The notes under the pieces are model-generated. The model worked only from the letters and a program-made list of their open reading frames with translations, made no database searches and was not told where the DNA came from. From NCBI GenBank assembly GCA_030638825.1, contig DAOWDU010000011.1, positions 5,675 to 69,674 of the forward strand: 64,000 bases of DNA, read 5' to 3'. Of the stretch, positions 7,694 through 18,136 are shown in pieces. Position numbers and translations under genes: made by a program. The stretch's first letter is position 1; every line of letters begins with the position of its first letter. The DNA comes from a bacterium. Lineage in GTDB: Bacteria; Patescibacteriota; Minisyncoccia; JAHIHE01; JAGLIN01.

Positions 7694-9493
7694 TTAATTT
7701 ATTTTTCTAATTTTACTTTCTTCTTTATACGCATTAAGCACATCTCCTTCTTCAATAATCACGCTTCCTTCATAAGTTATCCCAGCGTTGTTTCCTGATT
7801 TTACTTCTTTTACTATTTTTTTATTATATTGAATTTCTTTGGCTGTGCCGCGGCCTATTTTTTCGCCATCTCTCAGTATTTCAAGCAAAGATGCTTTTTC
7901 TATTTTTCCGTTTTCAACTTTTGCGCCGACAATCATCTCAACCACTTTTGCCGATTTCTTTCCAGATTTAAAAATCGCGATTACTTTCAAAACTCCCAAA
8001 TCTGTTCGGATAATTTCCGGCTCAAGAATATCAGAAAGATCTTTTTTAATGTCGCTGATTAATTCATAAATAACTTTATACATTTTAATGTCAACTTTTT
8101 CTTTTTCGGAAAACTTTTTTACTGATAAGTCTATATTAACATTAAATCCGATTATTTTTGCTCCAGAAGAGTGAGCCATTTTAATGTCGGTTTCTGTTAT
8201 ATTTCCCACACCCATTTTTAAGATTTGAATAGCGACTTCGTCTGATTTTATTGATTCCAAAATTTGGATTATAGCTTCCAATGATCCTTTCACATCCGCT
8301 TTAAGAATAATATTAAATTTTTTCATCTGATGTGATTTGACTAGCGCTTTTATTCTGGCGGTGCTGAGTATTTTGCCCTCGGAAGATCTTTCGTTTTCAA
8401 TGTTGTTAAATTTAGCCGCTCTTTTTTCAGCCGTTAAGCGATTTGTTTCACCAATTAAAAAGGATCCTACTTTTGGAACATCATTTAATCCTATAATTGT
8501 GACGGGCATAGACGGGATTGCTTTGTTGATTTTTTTGCCAGTAAAATCTTCCATCCTTTTAATTCTTCCCCAGTCAGATCCCACGCTCACATAATCGCTG
8601 TTTAGCAAAGTTCCGTTTTGGATTAAGACTGTCGCTACTGGTCCAATTTTGGGGTCAAGGTGCGATTCAATCACAAATCCTTCCGCGGGGCAATTTGGAT
8701 TGGCTTTTATTTCTTCCATTTCTGAGGATAGAATTATCATTTCTAATAACGCATCAATTCCCTCTCCCGTTTTTGCGGAAACATTTACGCAAACCGTTTT
8801 TCCTCCCCAGTCTTCTGGAGTAAGATCAATTTCAGAAAGTTCTTTTTTAACTTTCTCAATATTTTTTTCTGGTTTATCAGTTTTATTAATCGCGACCAAA
8901 ATTGGAACACCAGCTTCTTTTGCAAATTGCACCGCTTCTTTTGTTTGCGGTTTAACGCCGTCGTCGGCAGCGATGACGATAACCGCTAAATCTGTAATAT
9001 ACGCTCCTCGTTCTCTCATAGAATGAAATGCTTCATGTCCTGGTGTGTCAAGAAAGGTAATCGTTTCTCCTTTTTTCTTTACTTGATAAGCGCTAAAATG
9101 CTGAGTAATTCCACCAGATTCTCCAGCGGTTACATTCGTTTTTAAAATTTTATCAAGTAAGGTAGTTTTTCCGTGGTCAACATGTCCCATTACAACAACA
9201 ACTGGAGGTCTTTTTTTTGCTCCTGGACCAAGATTTTTTTTAATCTGCTGTTTTCTTTTTTGCGCTTCTGACTTTACTTTTTTGAGTTCAAATCCAAAAT
9301 CATCCGCAACAATTTCGGCGGTCTCAAAATCTAAAACCTCGTTAATATTGGCGAATATCTTATTCTTAATAAGTTCCGCAATAAGATCGGTCGTTTTGAT
9401 TTCCATTTTCTCCGCTAACTCTTTGACAGTTATATTTTCTGGAACTTCAAGAACAGTCTTTTCTTCTTTTTTGTTTTTACTTTCTTCTGGCAT
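7694..9493 (-). CDS. infB: Translation initiation factor IF-2
   Basis: GTPase G1 motif VVVVMGHVDHGKTTLLD and DTPGHEAF, with IF-2 C-terminal beta-barrel domains. Confidence 0.95.
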   Translation of the reverse strand: MPEESKNKKEEKTVLEVPENITVKELAEKMEIKTTDLIAELIKNKIFANINEVLDFETAEIVADDFGFELKKVKSEAQKRKQQIKKNLGPGAKKRPPVVVVMGHVDHGKTTLLDKILKTNVTAGESGGITQHFSAYQVKKKGETITFLDTPGHEAFHSMRERGAYITDLAVIVIAADDGVKPQTKEAVQFAKEAGVPILVAINKTDKPEKNIEKVKKELSEIDLTPEDWGGKTVCVNVSAKTGEGIDALLEMIILSSEMEEIKANPNCPAEGFVIESHLDPKIGPVATVLIQNGTLLNSDYVSVGSDWGRIKRMEDFTGKKINKAIPSMPVTIIGLNDVPKVGSFLIGETNRLTAEKRAAKFNNIENERSSEGKILSTARIKALVKSHQMKKFNIILKADVKGSLEAIIQILESIKSDEVAIQILKMGVGNITETDIKMAHSSGAKIIGFNVNIDLSVKKFSEKEKVDIKMYKVIYELISDIKKDLSDILEPEIIRTDLGVLKVIAIFKSGKKSAKVVEMIVGAKVENGKIEKASLLEILRDGEKIGRGTAKEIQYNKKIVKEVKSGNNAGITYEGSVIIEEGDVLNAYKEESKIRKIN

Positions 9494-9578
9494 TGTTGTA
9501 GAATTATTATTTAATTTAAAAGAAAAAATATTAAATATTAAATATTAATTTCTTAATATTCAATATTTTTTAATATTT

Positions 9579-10076
9579 CTATTTCTCCTTCGCAATTCCT
9601 ATCGCTTCTTCCTCTTCTTTTCCCAACGCATATTCCGATTTACCTTCTTTGATTTCTTTGGAATAAACTCTTACTCCGTCTCTTGAATAAAGACTTTGTA
9701 TGATAACACCGCTTAGGGAATTGTCAAGAAGGGCGATTACAAAACTTTGATTTCCTCCCACATCGCCGAACGGATTAAATCTCACCACACCGACTTTTTG
9801 GACGCATCCTGACAAATTATTTTTGATTTTTTTATTATCTGCAATTATTTTCTTAATCGCGCTATCAGTTTCATTCGTCTTTTTTATTTGCTTATAAATT
9901 ATTTCTTCTAAATCTTTTGCTTCACTGTTCGCGAAAAAACTGCGCGTTCTTTTTTTGATTTTTGATAAATTATAACTGAGATAAATATTCCATATAAAAA
10001 AAACAAGCAAAACAATACCTGTTAAAATTAGAACTGTTTCTTGATTTTGATTTATAAAATTTATTACATCTATCAT
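9579..10076 (-). CDS. DUF4446-like membrane-anchored protein
   Basis: N-terminal transmembrane segment. The conserved block VVRFNPFGDVGGNQSFVIALLD is typical of this family. Confidence 0.5.
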   Translation of the reverse strand: MIDVINFINQNQETVLILTGIVLLVFFIWNIYLSYNLSKIKKRTRSFFANSEAKDLEEIIYKQIKKTNETDSAIKKIIADNKKIKNNLSGCVQKVGVVRFNPFGDVGGNQSFVIALLDNSLSGVIIQSLYSRDGVRVYSKEIKEGKSEYALGKEEEEAIGIAKEK

Positions 10077-10080
10077 TTTG

Positions 10081-10155
10081 GGAATTTATCCTTTAGGATT
10101 TCATTTAAATAGTTTAGATAAGCGATACTTCTTGAAATCCTAAAGGGTAGATTCC
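10081..10155. repeat. About 75-bp hairpin-forming intergenic element (ggaatttatcctttaggatttca ... tgaaatcctaaagggtagattcc), copy 1
   Basis: The arms are inverted repeats. A second copy lies at 11362-11441. This copy sits 5 nt upstream of the minus-strand start at 10076 and sequesters an AAGGA-like Shine-Dalgarno sequence. Confidence 0.6.
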
Positions 10156-10249
10156 AAGAAGGGGCAAGGAAGCTTTACCAACTATCTTTATAATAGCTTT
10201 TACGCTTAGATAAGTCAATGTATTTATTAGCGGCAAATTAACTTAAAAA

Positions 10250-10276
10250 CTCTGGAAAACCCAGAGTTTTTAATTT
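10250..10276 (-). terminator. Intrinsic terminator hairpin downstream of tRNA-Phe
   Basis: aaaactctgg aaaa cccagagtttt, followed by a T-run on the minus strand. Confidence 0.55.
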
Positions 10277-10277
10277 G

Positions 10278-10350
10278 TGCCGAGAGGCGGACTTGAACCG
10301 CCGACACAAGGATTTTCAGTCCTTTGCTCTACCAACTGAGCTACCTCGGC
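10278..10350 (-). tRNA. tRNA-Phe (anticodon GAA)
   Basis: Manual cloverleaf fold of the reverse complement gccgaggtagctcagttggtagagcaaaggactgaaaatccttgtgtcggcggttcaagtccgcctctcggca. Anticodon loop ctGAAaa and T-arm GGTTCAAGTCC. Confidence 0.9.
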
Positions 10351-10514
10351 GAGCGTCATGTAAACATTAAAACATATAAACATTTAAACAAGTTGCGTAA
10401 TAAAGAATTTAATTCAAGAATAAAGTTTAGTGGTTTCTTTTTTATTTTTTACTGAAATCTTTATTCTAAAATTTGTTTATTTGTTTATATGTTTTAATGT
10501 TTATATGAACCCTG

Positions 10515-10599
10515 TGCCGAGGGCGGGACTTGAACCCGCACGCCCAAATATGAGCACAGGCCCTCAACCTGCCGTGTATACCAATTCCACCACCCCGGC
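10515..10599 (-). tRNA. tRNA-Leu (anticodon GAG), long variable arm
   Basis: The reverse complement gccggggtggtggaattggtatacacggcaggttgagggcctgtgctcatatttgggcgtgcgggttcaagtcccgccctcggca folds with the anticodon GAG in a 7-nt loop and has a long extra arm. Confidence 0.8.
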
Positions 10600-10640
10600 T
10601 AGTTAACTTATAACAGATGACTTATAACGAAATAACAATT

Positions 10641-10666
10641 GTCATTCCCGCGGAGGCGGGAATCCA
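10641..10666. repeat. GTCATTCCCGCGGAGGCGGGAATCCA hairpin repeat (family F, copy 1)
   Basis: 8-bp stem attcccgc / gcgggaat. Copy 2 at 41865-41890 carries compensating stem changes. Confidence 0.7.
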
Positions 10667-10669
10667 TTA

Positions 10670-11236
10670 CTACGATTTAGTTTTACTATTTATTTTATCA
10701 CTGTCTTTTTTCTCTGTATCTTCTTTTACTGTTTTATTTTCTTTTTCTATAACTGTTTCTTCAACTTTTACTTTTTCAATTTCTTTTTTATCGTCTTTCT
10801 TTTCTTCGCTCTCCAAGTTTTCTTTTGCTTTAGTAGAAGGCTCTGGTTTGTTCTCTTCCTGCTTGATCATCTCGCCTTTTGGTTTTGTTGCTTTGCCGAC
10901 TCTGTCTCGCATATAATTAAGCTTGGCTCGTCTTGTTTTTGTTATCTTTATTAGTTCTATCTTTTCTATCGTCGGAGCATTTAATGGAAAAACTCTTTCC
11001 ACTCCTATTCCGCCGGAAATTTTGCGAACCGTGATCGTTGTGTTAATCCCCTTTCTTCCCTTTTTGCCAATCACCAAACCTTCAAAGATTTGAACTCTTT
11101 CTTTTGTTTCCTGTTTCTTGCCACAGCCTTTTATTTCTGTTATTTTCTGATAAACCTTTACAACATGCCCTGGCTTAACATCAGGCAAATCAGTCCTGAC
11201 ACGGCTATGATTAAATTCTTGTAGTGTTGTTGTCAT
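10670..11236 (-). CDS. rplS: 50S ribosomal protein L19 with a Lys/Glu-rich C-terminal extension
   Basis: L19 signature KPGHVVKVYQKI...RVQIFEGLVIGKKGRKGINTTITVRKISGGIGVERVFPL...RRAKLNYMRDR. Confidence 0.9.
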   Translation of the reverse strand: MTTTLQEFNHSRVRTDLPDVKPGHVVKVYQKITEIKGCGKKQETKERVQIFEGLVIGKKGRKGINTTITVRKISGGIGVERVFPLNAPTIEKIELIKITKTRRAKLNYMRDRVGKATKPKGEMIKQEENKPEPSTKAKENLESEEKKDDKKEIEKVKVEETVIEKENKTVKEDTEKKDSDKINSKTKS

Positions 11237-11361
11237 ATAATTTGGTTACTATTAATCTTTTAATTTAACTATTTTATACTACTTTATAAGAGAGGATTAG
11301 TCAAGGCGAGCGCATATAAATATATAAACATATAAACATTTAAACAAAGTTTATATCATTT

Positions 11362-11441
11362 GGAATTTACCCTTTAGGGTTTCAAGAGTGGGATTAAACG
11401 ATTTCTTGTAAAATCTTTTGAAATCCTAAAGGATAAATTCC
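11362..11441. repeat. About 80-bp hairpin-forming intergenic element, copy 2 of the element at 10081-10155
   Basis: ggaatttaccctttagggtttca ... tgaaatcctaaaggataaattcc. The left arm of copy 1 is the exact complement of the right arm of copy 2. Confidence 0.6.
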
Positions 11442-11522
11442 GTAGCTTTAAATCATTCATTTTGCGGGAACTGGTTTTTTTAACTGGTTCCCAACATTTC
11501 CCAAACAAATAATATTATTGCA

Positions 11523-11548
11523 TCTTCAAAACAAAAGGAACTATTTAC
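11523..11548 (-). terminator. Intrinsic terminator downstream of ligA
   Basis: Perfect hairpin ggaactatttt acaa aaatagttcc, followed by a T-rich tract on the minus strand. Confidence 0.55.
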
Positions 11549-11562
11549 AAAATAGTTCCCGC

Positions 11563-13659
<2,097 letters not shown>

Positions 13660-13700
13660 CTATCATAGCCTCTTTTCTACGGCCGTGAGAAAGAGGCTAT
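13660..13700 (-). terminator. GC-rich hairpin (catagcctcttttctacggccgtgagaaagaggctatg). An identical stem sequence is re-used at 14293-14333.
   Basis: Stem-loop followed by T-rich sequence on the minus strand, immediately after the stop of the 13703-14233 gene. It is a near-identical direct repeat of the hairpin at 14293-14333. Confidence 0.55.
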
Positions 13701-13702
13701 GG

Positions 13703-14233
13703 TTATATTTCTATTTCTTCTATTAAAAATAATTTTATATAAGAGTCAACGGAATACTTTCTTAAGATGAGTTCAGTTTCTTTTTGGACGCTATAGGGAC
13801 AAATCCAGATACTTTGCTGAAGCATTTTATATTCTAAGAGACGAAGTTTTTCTCGCAACAAATCTCGCAGGTGTCTTTTTTCTTCGGGAATGTCAAAAAT
13901 TATCATCTGCCATTTCCCGTCTGGTCTTTTTTGTTTATTTTTTATTTTAAGTTTTGCTTTTAAAACTTTTTCAGCTCCTTTTTTTGTTAGAATAATTCCT
14001 TCATTTTGCTCCAGATTTTTAATCTTAATATAACCATTCTTTTTCAGACGATAAATTAATTGTCTAAATTGTCCCTTTGTCTGTTTTCTTTTATATTGAT
14101 CTTTCAATTCACGGAGAGATGGATAGCAATATTCTTTCATTTTTCTATACGAAAAAATAGTAAAAGTTTTATCTAACTTTTCAGCGTGATTATAAACATC
14201 TAATAAAAATTTATCAGTAATTGGCAGTTTCAT
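13703..14233 (-). CDS. Winged-helix DNA-binding domain fused to a Cas2-like (VapD / PaaX C-terminal fold) domain. Orphan: no cas1 or CRISPR array nearby.
   Basis: The C-terminal block MIIFDIPEEKRHLRDLLREKLRLLEYKMLQQSIWICPY matches the Cas2 pattern (YDI..R.R..L...G.R.Q.SVFEC). The N-terminus has a wHTH pattern. Confidence 0.5.
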   Translation of the reverse strand: MKLPITDKFLLDVYNHAEKLDKTFTIFSYRKMKEYCYPSLRELKDQYKRKQTKGQFRQLIYRLKKNGYIKIKNLEQNEGIILTKKGAEKVLKAKLKIKNKQKRPDGKWQMIIFDIPEEKRHLRDLLREKLRLLEYKMLQQSIWICPYSVQKETELILRKYSVDSYIKLFLIEEIEI

Positions 14234-14292
14234 GGAGCTTATTGAGTTTTAATATTTATCTAATTTTATTATACACTAATTCACGATATAGT

Positions 14293-14333
14293 CATAGCCT
14301 CTTTTCTACGGCCGTAGAAAAGAGGCTATGATT
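14293..14333 (-). terminator. GC-rich hairpin, second copy of the 13660-13700 hairpin, downstream of pilD
   Basis: catagcctcttttctacggccgtagaaaagaggctatg. Confidence 0.5.
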
Positions 14334-14398
14334 ATATTGCTACAGCTACATTTATCGTTCTGTACTATTCTGTATTTAGATGTGGTAAGTATGACAAT

Positions 14399-15244
14399 TT
14401 AATTTATTAAATTCAAATACCACTTAATAATTTTCTCTCCCCAAAACAATCCCACAAAGGTTCCGATTATTAAAAATGGACCGAAGGGAATCATACTGCC
14501 CATTTTTTTCCTGCCAGCTAAAATTAGGAAAATGCCGATTACTGATCCGAGAATAAATGCTAAAAATAAAGCGATTAAAATTACTGGCCAGCCCAAAATC
14601 AGTCCCATTAAAAATGCCAATTTAACATCTCCTCCGCCCATTCCTTTGCCTTTGGTAATGATAATTATTGTGTAGAAAAATCCGCCTGCGAGAATAGCTG
14701 CGATAAACGGATTAAAAATAGTTGTTAAATTTCCAATTTCCAATTTCCAATTTCCAATCAATTCCCAATGATTAAATTTCAAAATTTCAAATAATTTATA
14801 AATGAAGGTTATAATAATCGCAGGATAAATTATTTTGTCTGGAATAATATAGTGTTTTAGGTCATAGACAAAAATAACAATAAAAGTGGAACTGACATAA
14901 AACAGAAATAATAGATAAAGAAATTGAAAATTGAAAATTGAAAATTCACTGAAAATTGAAAATTGAAAATTGAAAATTAGCACAAATAATATCCCTGTCA
15001 TAATTTCTACCAACGGATACTGAATAGAAATTTTATTGCTACAGTATCGGCACTTGCCTTTTAAAAATATAAAGCTAAAAACTGGAATTAAGTCTTGCCA
15101 ATTTAAGATGTGTTTGCAGGATAAGCATCTCGATCTGTCATTTACTATTTTTTCTCCGTTTTCTAATCTATAAATGACCACATTCAAAAAACTGCCGATA
15201 ATCAGGCCGAAGATGAAAATAATTATATTGTATAAAATAAGCAT
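14399..15244 (-). CDS. pilD: Prepilin peptidase (A24 family), carrying two internal heptamer tandem-repeat arrays
   Basis: Zn-binding cysteines CLSC...CRYC, peptidase motif GGGDVKL, and multi-TM topology. Confidence 0.9.
   Translation of the reverse strand: MLILYNIIIFIFGLIIGSFLNVVIYRLENGEKIVNDRSRCLSCKHILNWQDLIPVFSFIFLKGKCRYCSNKISIQYPLVEIMTGILFVLIFNFQFSIFSEFSIFNFQFLYLLFLFYVSSTFIVIFVYDLKHYIIPDKIIYPAIIITFIYKLFEILKFNHWELIGNWKLEIGNLTTIFNPFIAAILAGGFFYTIIIITKGKGMGGGDVKLAFLMGLILGWPVILIALFLAFILGSVIGIFLILAGRKKMGSMIPFGPFLIIGTFVGLFWGEKIIKWYLNLIN
14728..14769. repeat. Heptamer tandem repeat (ttccaat) x4-5 inside pilD
   Basis: Four perfect copies at 14731-14758 plus a degenerate copy. The unit length is not a multiple of 3. 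Confidence 0.85.
14920..14978. repeat. Heptamer tandem repeat (gaaaatt) x7-8 inside pilD, interrupted by cact
   Basis: Three copies at 14926-14946, then cact, then four copies at 14951-14978. Confidence 0.85.
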
Positions 15245-15278
15245 TTGGATTAAACCAGTTTTTAGTTATTCTTAAGTT

Positions 15279-15689
15279 TTATGGAAAAGTGCATCCGTTT
15301 TGAGTGCAATCGGCAGTGGCAGTGGTTGTGCCATCTGACGCTTTTGCTTCGTTAGTTGCGGTTATAGTATAATTGAATGTCCCGGCTCCACTTGTGCCAC
15401 AATTTTGATCTGGAGCTGCTGATAGACTTGTAAAAGTGATGTCATGATCATAAGTGGTTCCAGTAAAATCTTCTACAACGATATCTCGATCATCGCAAAT
15501 GCTTACTATTCCTGGCACTGTTCTGCTTGCTTCTGCTTTAAACGCCGCATCTTTAGCTTTTTGCCTTGTGTTGTTTAAAGTTGTCATCACGATACTTGCT
15601 AAAATACCAATAATTGCGATAACAACCAAAAGTTCAATTAGGGTAAAGCCCTTTGAGTTTCTCGGGGTGAGCTCTTGTTTAAATTCCAT
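15279..15689 (-). CDS. Type IV pilin / pseudopilin (N-terminal methylation motif)
   Basis: [22 protein letters not shown] prepilin leader plus hydrophobic helix. C-terminal Cys pair CTQNGC. Confidence 0.85.
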   Translation of the reverse strand: MEFKQELTPRNSKGFTLIELLVVIAIIGILASIVMTTLNNTRQKAKDAAFKAEASRTVPGIVSICDDRDIVVEDFTGTTYDHDITFTSLSAAPDQNCGTSGAGTFNYTITATNEAKASDGTTTATADCTQNGCTFP

Positions 15690-15762
15690 AAAGATATTTT
15701 AAAAAATTAAAGCACTATAAAATTATTATTATCCTGTAACTATTATAACAGATTATGAAAAT

Positions 15763-15796
15763 AAAAACAGATAGAATTTTTCTATCTGTTTTTTTG
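15763..15796. terminator. Bidirectional intrinsic terminator hairpin after pilin gene 2
   Basis: aaaaacagatagaa ttttt ctatctgttttttt. Confidence 0.55.
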
Positions 15797-15818
15797 AATT
15801 TTATAGATCTACAAAATT

Positions 15819-16211
15819 CTAATTAAAAGTGCATCCATTTTGAGTGCAGGAAGCAACAAGAGTAACTGCAGGTGTAGCTGAATTCAATGCGCCATTATCC
15901 GCAGTTACAGTATAACTAAACGTTCCAACTCCACTTGTGCCACAATCTTGAGTTATTGTGGCAAAAACAGTAGCATGAATATAAGTGGAACCAGTAAAAT
16001 CAGTTACAACGATAGGATCATCATCACAAATACTAACTAATCCTGGTACTGTTCCAGCTGCTTCTGCTTTAAATGCTACATTTTTAGCTTTTTGTCTCGC
16101 GCTGTTTAAACTTACCATTACAACTGAAGCTAAAATACCGATAATTGCGATAACAACCAATAACTCAATCAAAGTAAAACCTTTCTTATTTATTTTTAAC
16201 ATTCGTTTCAC
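15819..16211 (-). CDS. Type IV pilin paralog
   Basis: [24 protein letters not shown]-terminus. C-terminal CTQNGCTF, as in the neighbouring pilin. Confidence 0.85.
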   Translation of the reverse strand: MKRMLKINKKGFTLIELLVVIAIIGILASVVMVSLNSARQKAKNVAFKAEAAGTVPGLVSICDDDPIVVTDFTGSTYIHATVFATITQDCGTSGVGTFSYTVTADNGALNSATPAVTLVASCTQNGCTFN

Positions 16212-16225
16212 CTCCTTTCCTAATT

Positions 16226-16510
16226 TTATTTAGTTACAATTTTTAAAAGTTCTTTAAAATGCGAAAGAGCGTTTGGCAATTGCTTGTAAATTCTTTCAGC
16301 ATCATCTTCATTATAAGTATGAACAGTTTCATTTCTCATATCCACAAACTCAATCCAGTCCTCAGTGTAATTTATAATGCTCTGCCGATAAGCTTCACGG
16401 AAACATTCTTTGGGAGAAGCGCAAACAACTCCTTTTTCTTCTTCAAGAAGAGCTTTCAACATTTTCCATGAAATATCCAAAGTAAATTCAAACCGCTGAA
16501 TCTCTGACAA
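16226..16510 (-). CDS. HEPN-domain protein of the nucleotidyltransferase substrate-binding (HI0074) family. The N-terminal part appears displaced into another frame (16511-16595).
   Basis: [19 protein letters not shown] and the R-x4-H HEPN motif RNETVH. An ATG at 16593-16595 overlaps the MNT stop (ATGA coupling) but reads a different frame. Confidence 0.65.
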   Translation of the reverse strand: MSEIQRFEFTLDISWKMLKALLEEEKGVVCASPKECFREAYRQSIINYTEDWIEFVDMRNETVHTYNEDDAERIYKQLPNALSHFKELLKIVTK

Positions 16511-16591
16511 TATCTGTTTCGGGCACAGCCAAAACTTCTTCTAAACGCCTTACCGCTTTTTCAAATTGCTTGATTGTAATTTCAGATTTTG

Positions 16592-16897
16592 TCATAGCGC
16601 TTCAATCTTTTGTTTAGCCAGATTATAAAAATCAGGAGATACTTTTTTAAAATCAACAACATCAATTTTGTAAAGAATTGGCAAATTTTCAAAATCCTCT
16701 TTAATTTTTGCCATCACTTGCCAAGAAATTTCTTTCTCTCCCTCAATTCCAAGATCAATATCAGATCGCTCATTTCCCTTTCCCATAACCCTTGAGCCGA
16801 AGAAGAAAATTTTGTTCTGGTCAAGATTTAAATAGTTGCCAATAATATCTTTGGTTTCCTTTTTAAATTTATCCAAAGAATAAAATTCAAGTCTCAT
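16592..16897 (-). CDS. Minimal nucleotidyltransferase (MNT), partner of the downstream HEPN protein
   Basis: Pol-beta-type NTase motif GSRVMGKGNERSDIDLGIEG. Confidence 0.8.
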   Translation of the reverse strand: MRLEFYSLDKFKKETKDIIGNYLNLDQNKIFFFGSRVMGKGNERSDIDLGIEGEKEISWQVMAKIKEDFENLPILYKIDVVDFKKVSPDFYNLAKQKIEAL

Positions 16898-16914
16898 ATG
16901 CTAATTTTATACAA

Positions 16915-16950
16915 CGATTATAACATTGCTTACTTCTTTGCGCAATGAAA
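16915..16950 (-). promoter_or_regulatory. Candidate sigma70 promoter (TTGCGC - 17 - TGTTATAAT) for the MNT-HEPN operon
   Basis: On the minus strand: cattgcgcaaagaagtaagcaatgttataat, about 25 nt upstream of the MNT start. Confidence 0.4.
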
Positions 16951-17041
16951 AGCATCAATACGAGAACATTAAAACATTCAAACAAAATTTTGAAATCGCA
17001 GTATGTTTAAATGTTAATATGTTTATATGTTAACATGACGC

Positions 17042-18118
17042 TTATCTTCTCATCAACATTTTCAAATCGCTCACATTAGTTGAATAAGTCTTGGCGTCTT
17101 CTAGCGTTATCTTATTTCTTTTCACGAGATCTGCGAGTGAGTTATTTAAAGAGACCATTCCTTCATCAGCGCTAGTGTTAATGACAAGATTAAGCTGGTG
17201 AGTTTTGTTTTCCCTAATCAAATTCTTGACCGCGGAGTTAGAGGTCATTATTTCCACGGCTGGAATTCTGCCTCCGTCTATATTTGGAATAAGCCGTTGC
17301 GATAAAATTCCGAGAAGATTTCCAGCTAATTGAGATCTAATCTGATTTTGCTGGCTGGCGGGAAAACTGTCAATAATTCTATCTATAGTTTGAGCAGTGC
17401 TGTTAGTGTGCAGAGTAGCAAATACAAGGTGCCCAGTTTCTGCCGCGGTAATGGCAGTGCTCATTGTTTCCCAATCTCTCATTTCTCCAACCAAGATAAT
17501 ATCAGCATCTTCTCTGAAAATAGAACGAAGAGCGTTGCTAAACGATTTTGTGTCAATGCCAACTTCTCTCTGATTGATGATACATCTATTTTGAGTGTAG
17601 ACATGTTCAATCGGATCCTCAATTGTCACTATATGCGCGTTTCGCTGACTGTTTATTCTGTCAATGAGCGCCGCTAAAGTGGTTGATTTTCCATGTCCAG
17701 AAGGACCAACGACGAGCACAAAACCTTGTGATGGTTTTGTGAAATCATAAACCATTTCTGGAATGCCAAGTTGTTCAAGGTTTCTTATTTTGGAGGGAAT
17801 AAGCCGAAAAGAAGCGCTCATAAAACCTCTTTGGAAAAAGACATTTATTCTAAATCTCGTTTTTTTTTCAAACTCATACGAAATATCAAGTTCCTTGTTT
17901 TCTATAAATTTTTCTTTTTGCTCGCTTGTCAAAAATGCGCTAACAAGCTCCTCTACTTTTCTTGGAGTTAGGAGCTCTTTATTAGTCAGCGGGACTAATC
18001 TTCCGTCAATTCTAAGCGTTGGATATCGTCCAACTGATAAATGCAAATCGGACGCATTTTCTTGCGTCGTGCTAATTAGCAAATCATCTAACTCTTGTTT
18101 AGCGTTGATACTAGTCAT
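17042..18118 (-). CDS. pilT: Type IV pilus retraction ATPase PilT
   Basis: Walker A VVGPSGHGKSTTLAA, a PIEHVY-like block and the His box. 358 aa. Confidence 0.9.
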   Translation of the reverse strand: MTSINAKQELDDLLISTTQENASDLHLSVGRYPTLRIDGRLVPLTNKELLTPRKVEELVSAFLTSEQKEKFIENKELDISYEFEKKTRFRINVFFQRGFMSASFRLIPSKIRNLEQLGIPEMVYDFTKPSQGFVLVVGPSGHGKSTTLAALIDRINSQRNAHIVTIEDPIEHVYTQNRCIINQREVGIDTKSFSNALRSIFREDADIILVGEMRDWETMSTAITAAETGHLVFATLHTNSTAQTIDRIIDSFPASQQNQIRSQLAGNLLGILSQRLIPNIDGGRIPAVEIMTSNSAVKNLIRENKTHQLNLVINTSADEGMVSLNNSLADLVKRNKITLEDAKTYSTNVSDLKMLMRR

Positions 18119-18136
18119 ATTGATTCATATTAATGT

